Of a stretch of DNA of 64,000 nucleotides, positions 62,366 to 64,000 are shown piece after piece; the first letter of the stretch is position 1; each line of letters starts with the position of its first letter. A program made the position numbers and the translations under genes. The stretch spans positions 4,741,973 through 4,805,972 of the forward strand of contig NC_068995.1 of the NCBI RefSeq assembly GCF_001194135.2, read 5' to 3'. The DNA comes from Octopus bimaculoides (lineage: Eukaryota). A model generated the notes under the pieces. That model was not told the DNA's origin. It made no database searches and was given only the letters and a program-made list of their open reading frames with translations.

Positions 62366-64000
62366 CGTGTATATATGCGTGTGGATGTAGGCATTACTGA
62401 ACGGAAACTGAAAGAGGCCCGTCGTGTATATGTGTTTGTCTCCCCACCATCGCTTGACAACCGATGTTGGTGTGTTTACGTTCAAGTAAAAGAATAATAA
62501 AAATATATCATAAAATAAATAATATAATGAAAAGTAGAAAATTACTTCCAGAAAGTACACTGGGCTCCCTTAATCTATCCCTTAATCACTGCCAGATCCG
62601 CCAATAACAGAGTTTTGATTTTCTTCGACTTTGTTTTAATATAATCGATTTCCTTCCTCTGTCGCGAGATCGACAATTATGACAATGGAGTAGTGTTGTG
62701 GGTGGGTCGGGTTCAGTCTCATGAAGTGGTTCCTAGTCCCCTCCCTCAGTATATAGCAGGTATTTGTTTTATCTGCATCGGGTAAAAGAGAACGAAAGGT
62801 AAATTTAGCCCCAGAAAATAACTCGGAAATCAGGCAATTTCTCCCTCGAGCCGTTTCTTTCCAGTATTGGGAGGTCTCATCTCTGGGATTACTATGGTCA
62901 CGTGATTTGAATGTCACTGGAAAGAATTGCAAAGGCCCCTTAGGTCTCCTGCCAACCGTAAGGAGACCAAGGTGGAGATGTTTGGATAACATCCATAGTC
63001 TCGGATGGTCACGTTTGGGAATCCAACCGGAACCTCTAATGACCGTGCGTGTATATACATACATACATACATATATATATATGTGTGTGTGACCCAGCAC
63101 CGCTTGACAACTGTTGGTGTGTTTATGTCCCTGTAACTTAGCGGCTCGAGACCACCAACCCTCGTCACAACTATGACTATTAAAGCAGACACACACCACA
63201 TGTATGCTTATAGACACAAGAAACAGAAACATGCGAATATACATCTATTGTGCGCTCAGTCAGTTAGGACGCCGAGGGTTCCAGTTGATCCGATGAACGG
63301 AACAGAGTGCTCACTAAATTGAAGTGGAAGTGGCTGAGTAGTCCACGAACACGCATGCCCTTAACGTAGTTCTCAGGGAGATTCAGTGTGACAAGGCCGG
63401 CCCTTTGAAATACAGGTACAACTCATTTTTGCCAGCTGAGTTGACTGGAGCAACAGGAAATAAAGTGTCTTGCTCAAGGACACAACGCGTCGCCGGGAAT
63501 TGAACTCGCGACCTTACGACCGTGAGCCGAATACCCTAACCACTAAGCCACGCGCCTTCACTGATACACACACACACGTATGTATGTATGTATGTATATA
63601 TGCACACATACTCAAAAGCGTATAATTATTTATATAGAGGTGTATGTACCTTGTACATGCATGCATACAGACAGACAGACAGAGACGCACGCACACCACA
63701 CACACACCCGAACACAACCATATATGGTATGAACAAGGCCCACCTATCATAGCCTCATTTCTTCACAGAAACCCACCATCGTCTTCTCTCGTTAATTACT
63801 CGCTGCTGTTATCTCCATTACCGGCAACCATACTCTTTCTTAATCTGCCACACACTTTCAAACAAAGACACGCGTAACCCTGTTATTGTTGGCTTCGTCT
63901 TCTTCTTCTTCAGTTTTGGATGGGTGAGGTGAGGGATGAAGGGCGAAGGGGTTCTGTTGCCTAGCAGAATAGAAGGGACTTCGTATTCTCCCCTTTGTGA

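Noticed and set aside
1-64000. CRISPR arrays, prokaryotic operons, rRNA or a horizontally acquired defence system
   Set aside because: No repeat-spacer periodicity or prokaryote-like gene density. The IS1595-like motifs are explained by the eukaryotic Merlin superfamily.

Overview
AT-rich animal genomic DNA from a gappy draft assembly (11 N-runs). The SINE, RTE-LINE and microsatellite content looks like Octopus or another coleoid cephalopod; this is an inference from memory, not a search. Best-supported gene: a complete 10-exon DONSON orthologue on + (CDS 32648-44075, 614 aa; every exon phase reconciles by hand). Its intron 8 is a minor-spliceosome (U12-type) intron. Head-to-head with it on - is an unidentified multi-exon gene X: at least three non-coding 5' exons, then a type-II-membrane-like N-terminus starting at 15202. 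Two of gene X's UTR exons occur a second time, precisely spliced together without introns, at 31970-32105, joined to a further exon next to the shared promoter. This is cDNA-like sequence inside the assembly (retrocopy, intron loss, or RNA-read gap fill). A minimal type-I hammerhead ribozyme of the Penelope-retroelement type lies at 60261-60308 (-). The rest is transposon debris: RTE LINE 3' ends, three SINE families, mariner, Helitron, hAT, piggyBac-type MITEs, and a dense cluster of Merlin (IS1595-like) transposase remnants and MITEs. I found no rRNA, genuine tRNA or CRISPR array, and nothing I can defend as a wholly new biological system. All translations and alignments were done by eye; repeat boundaries are approximate.
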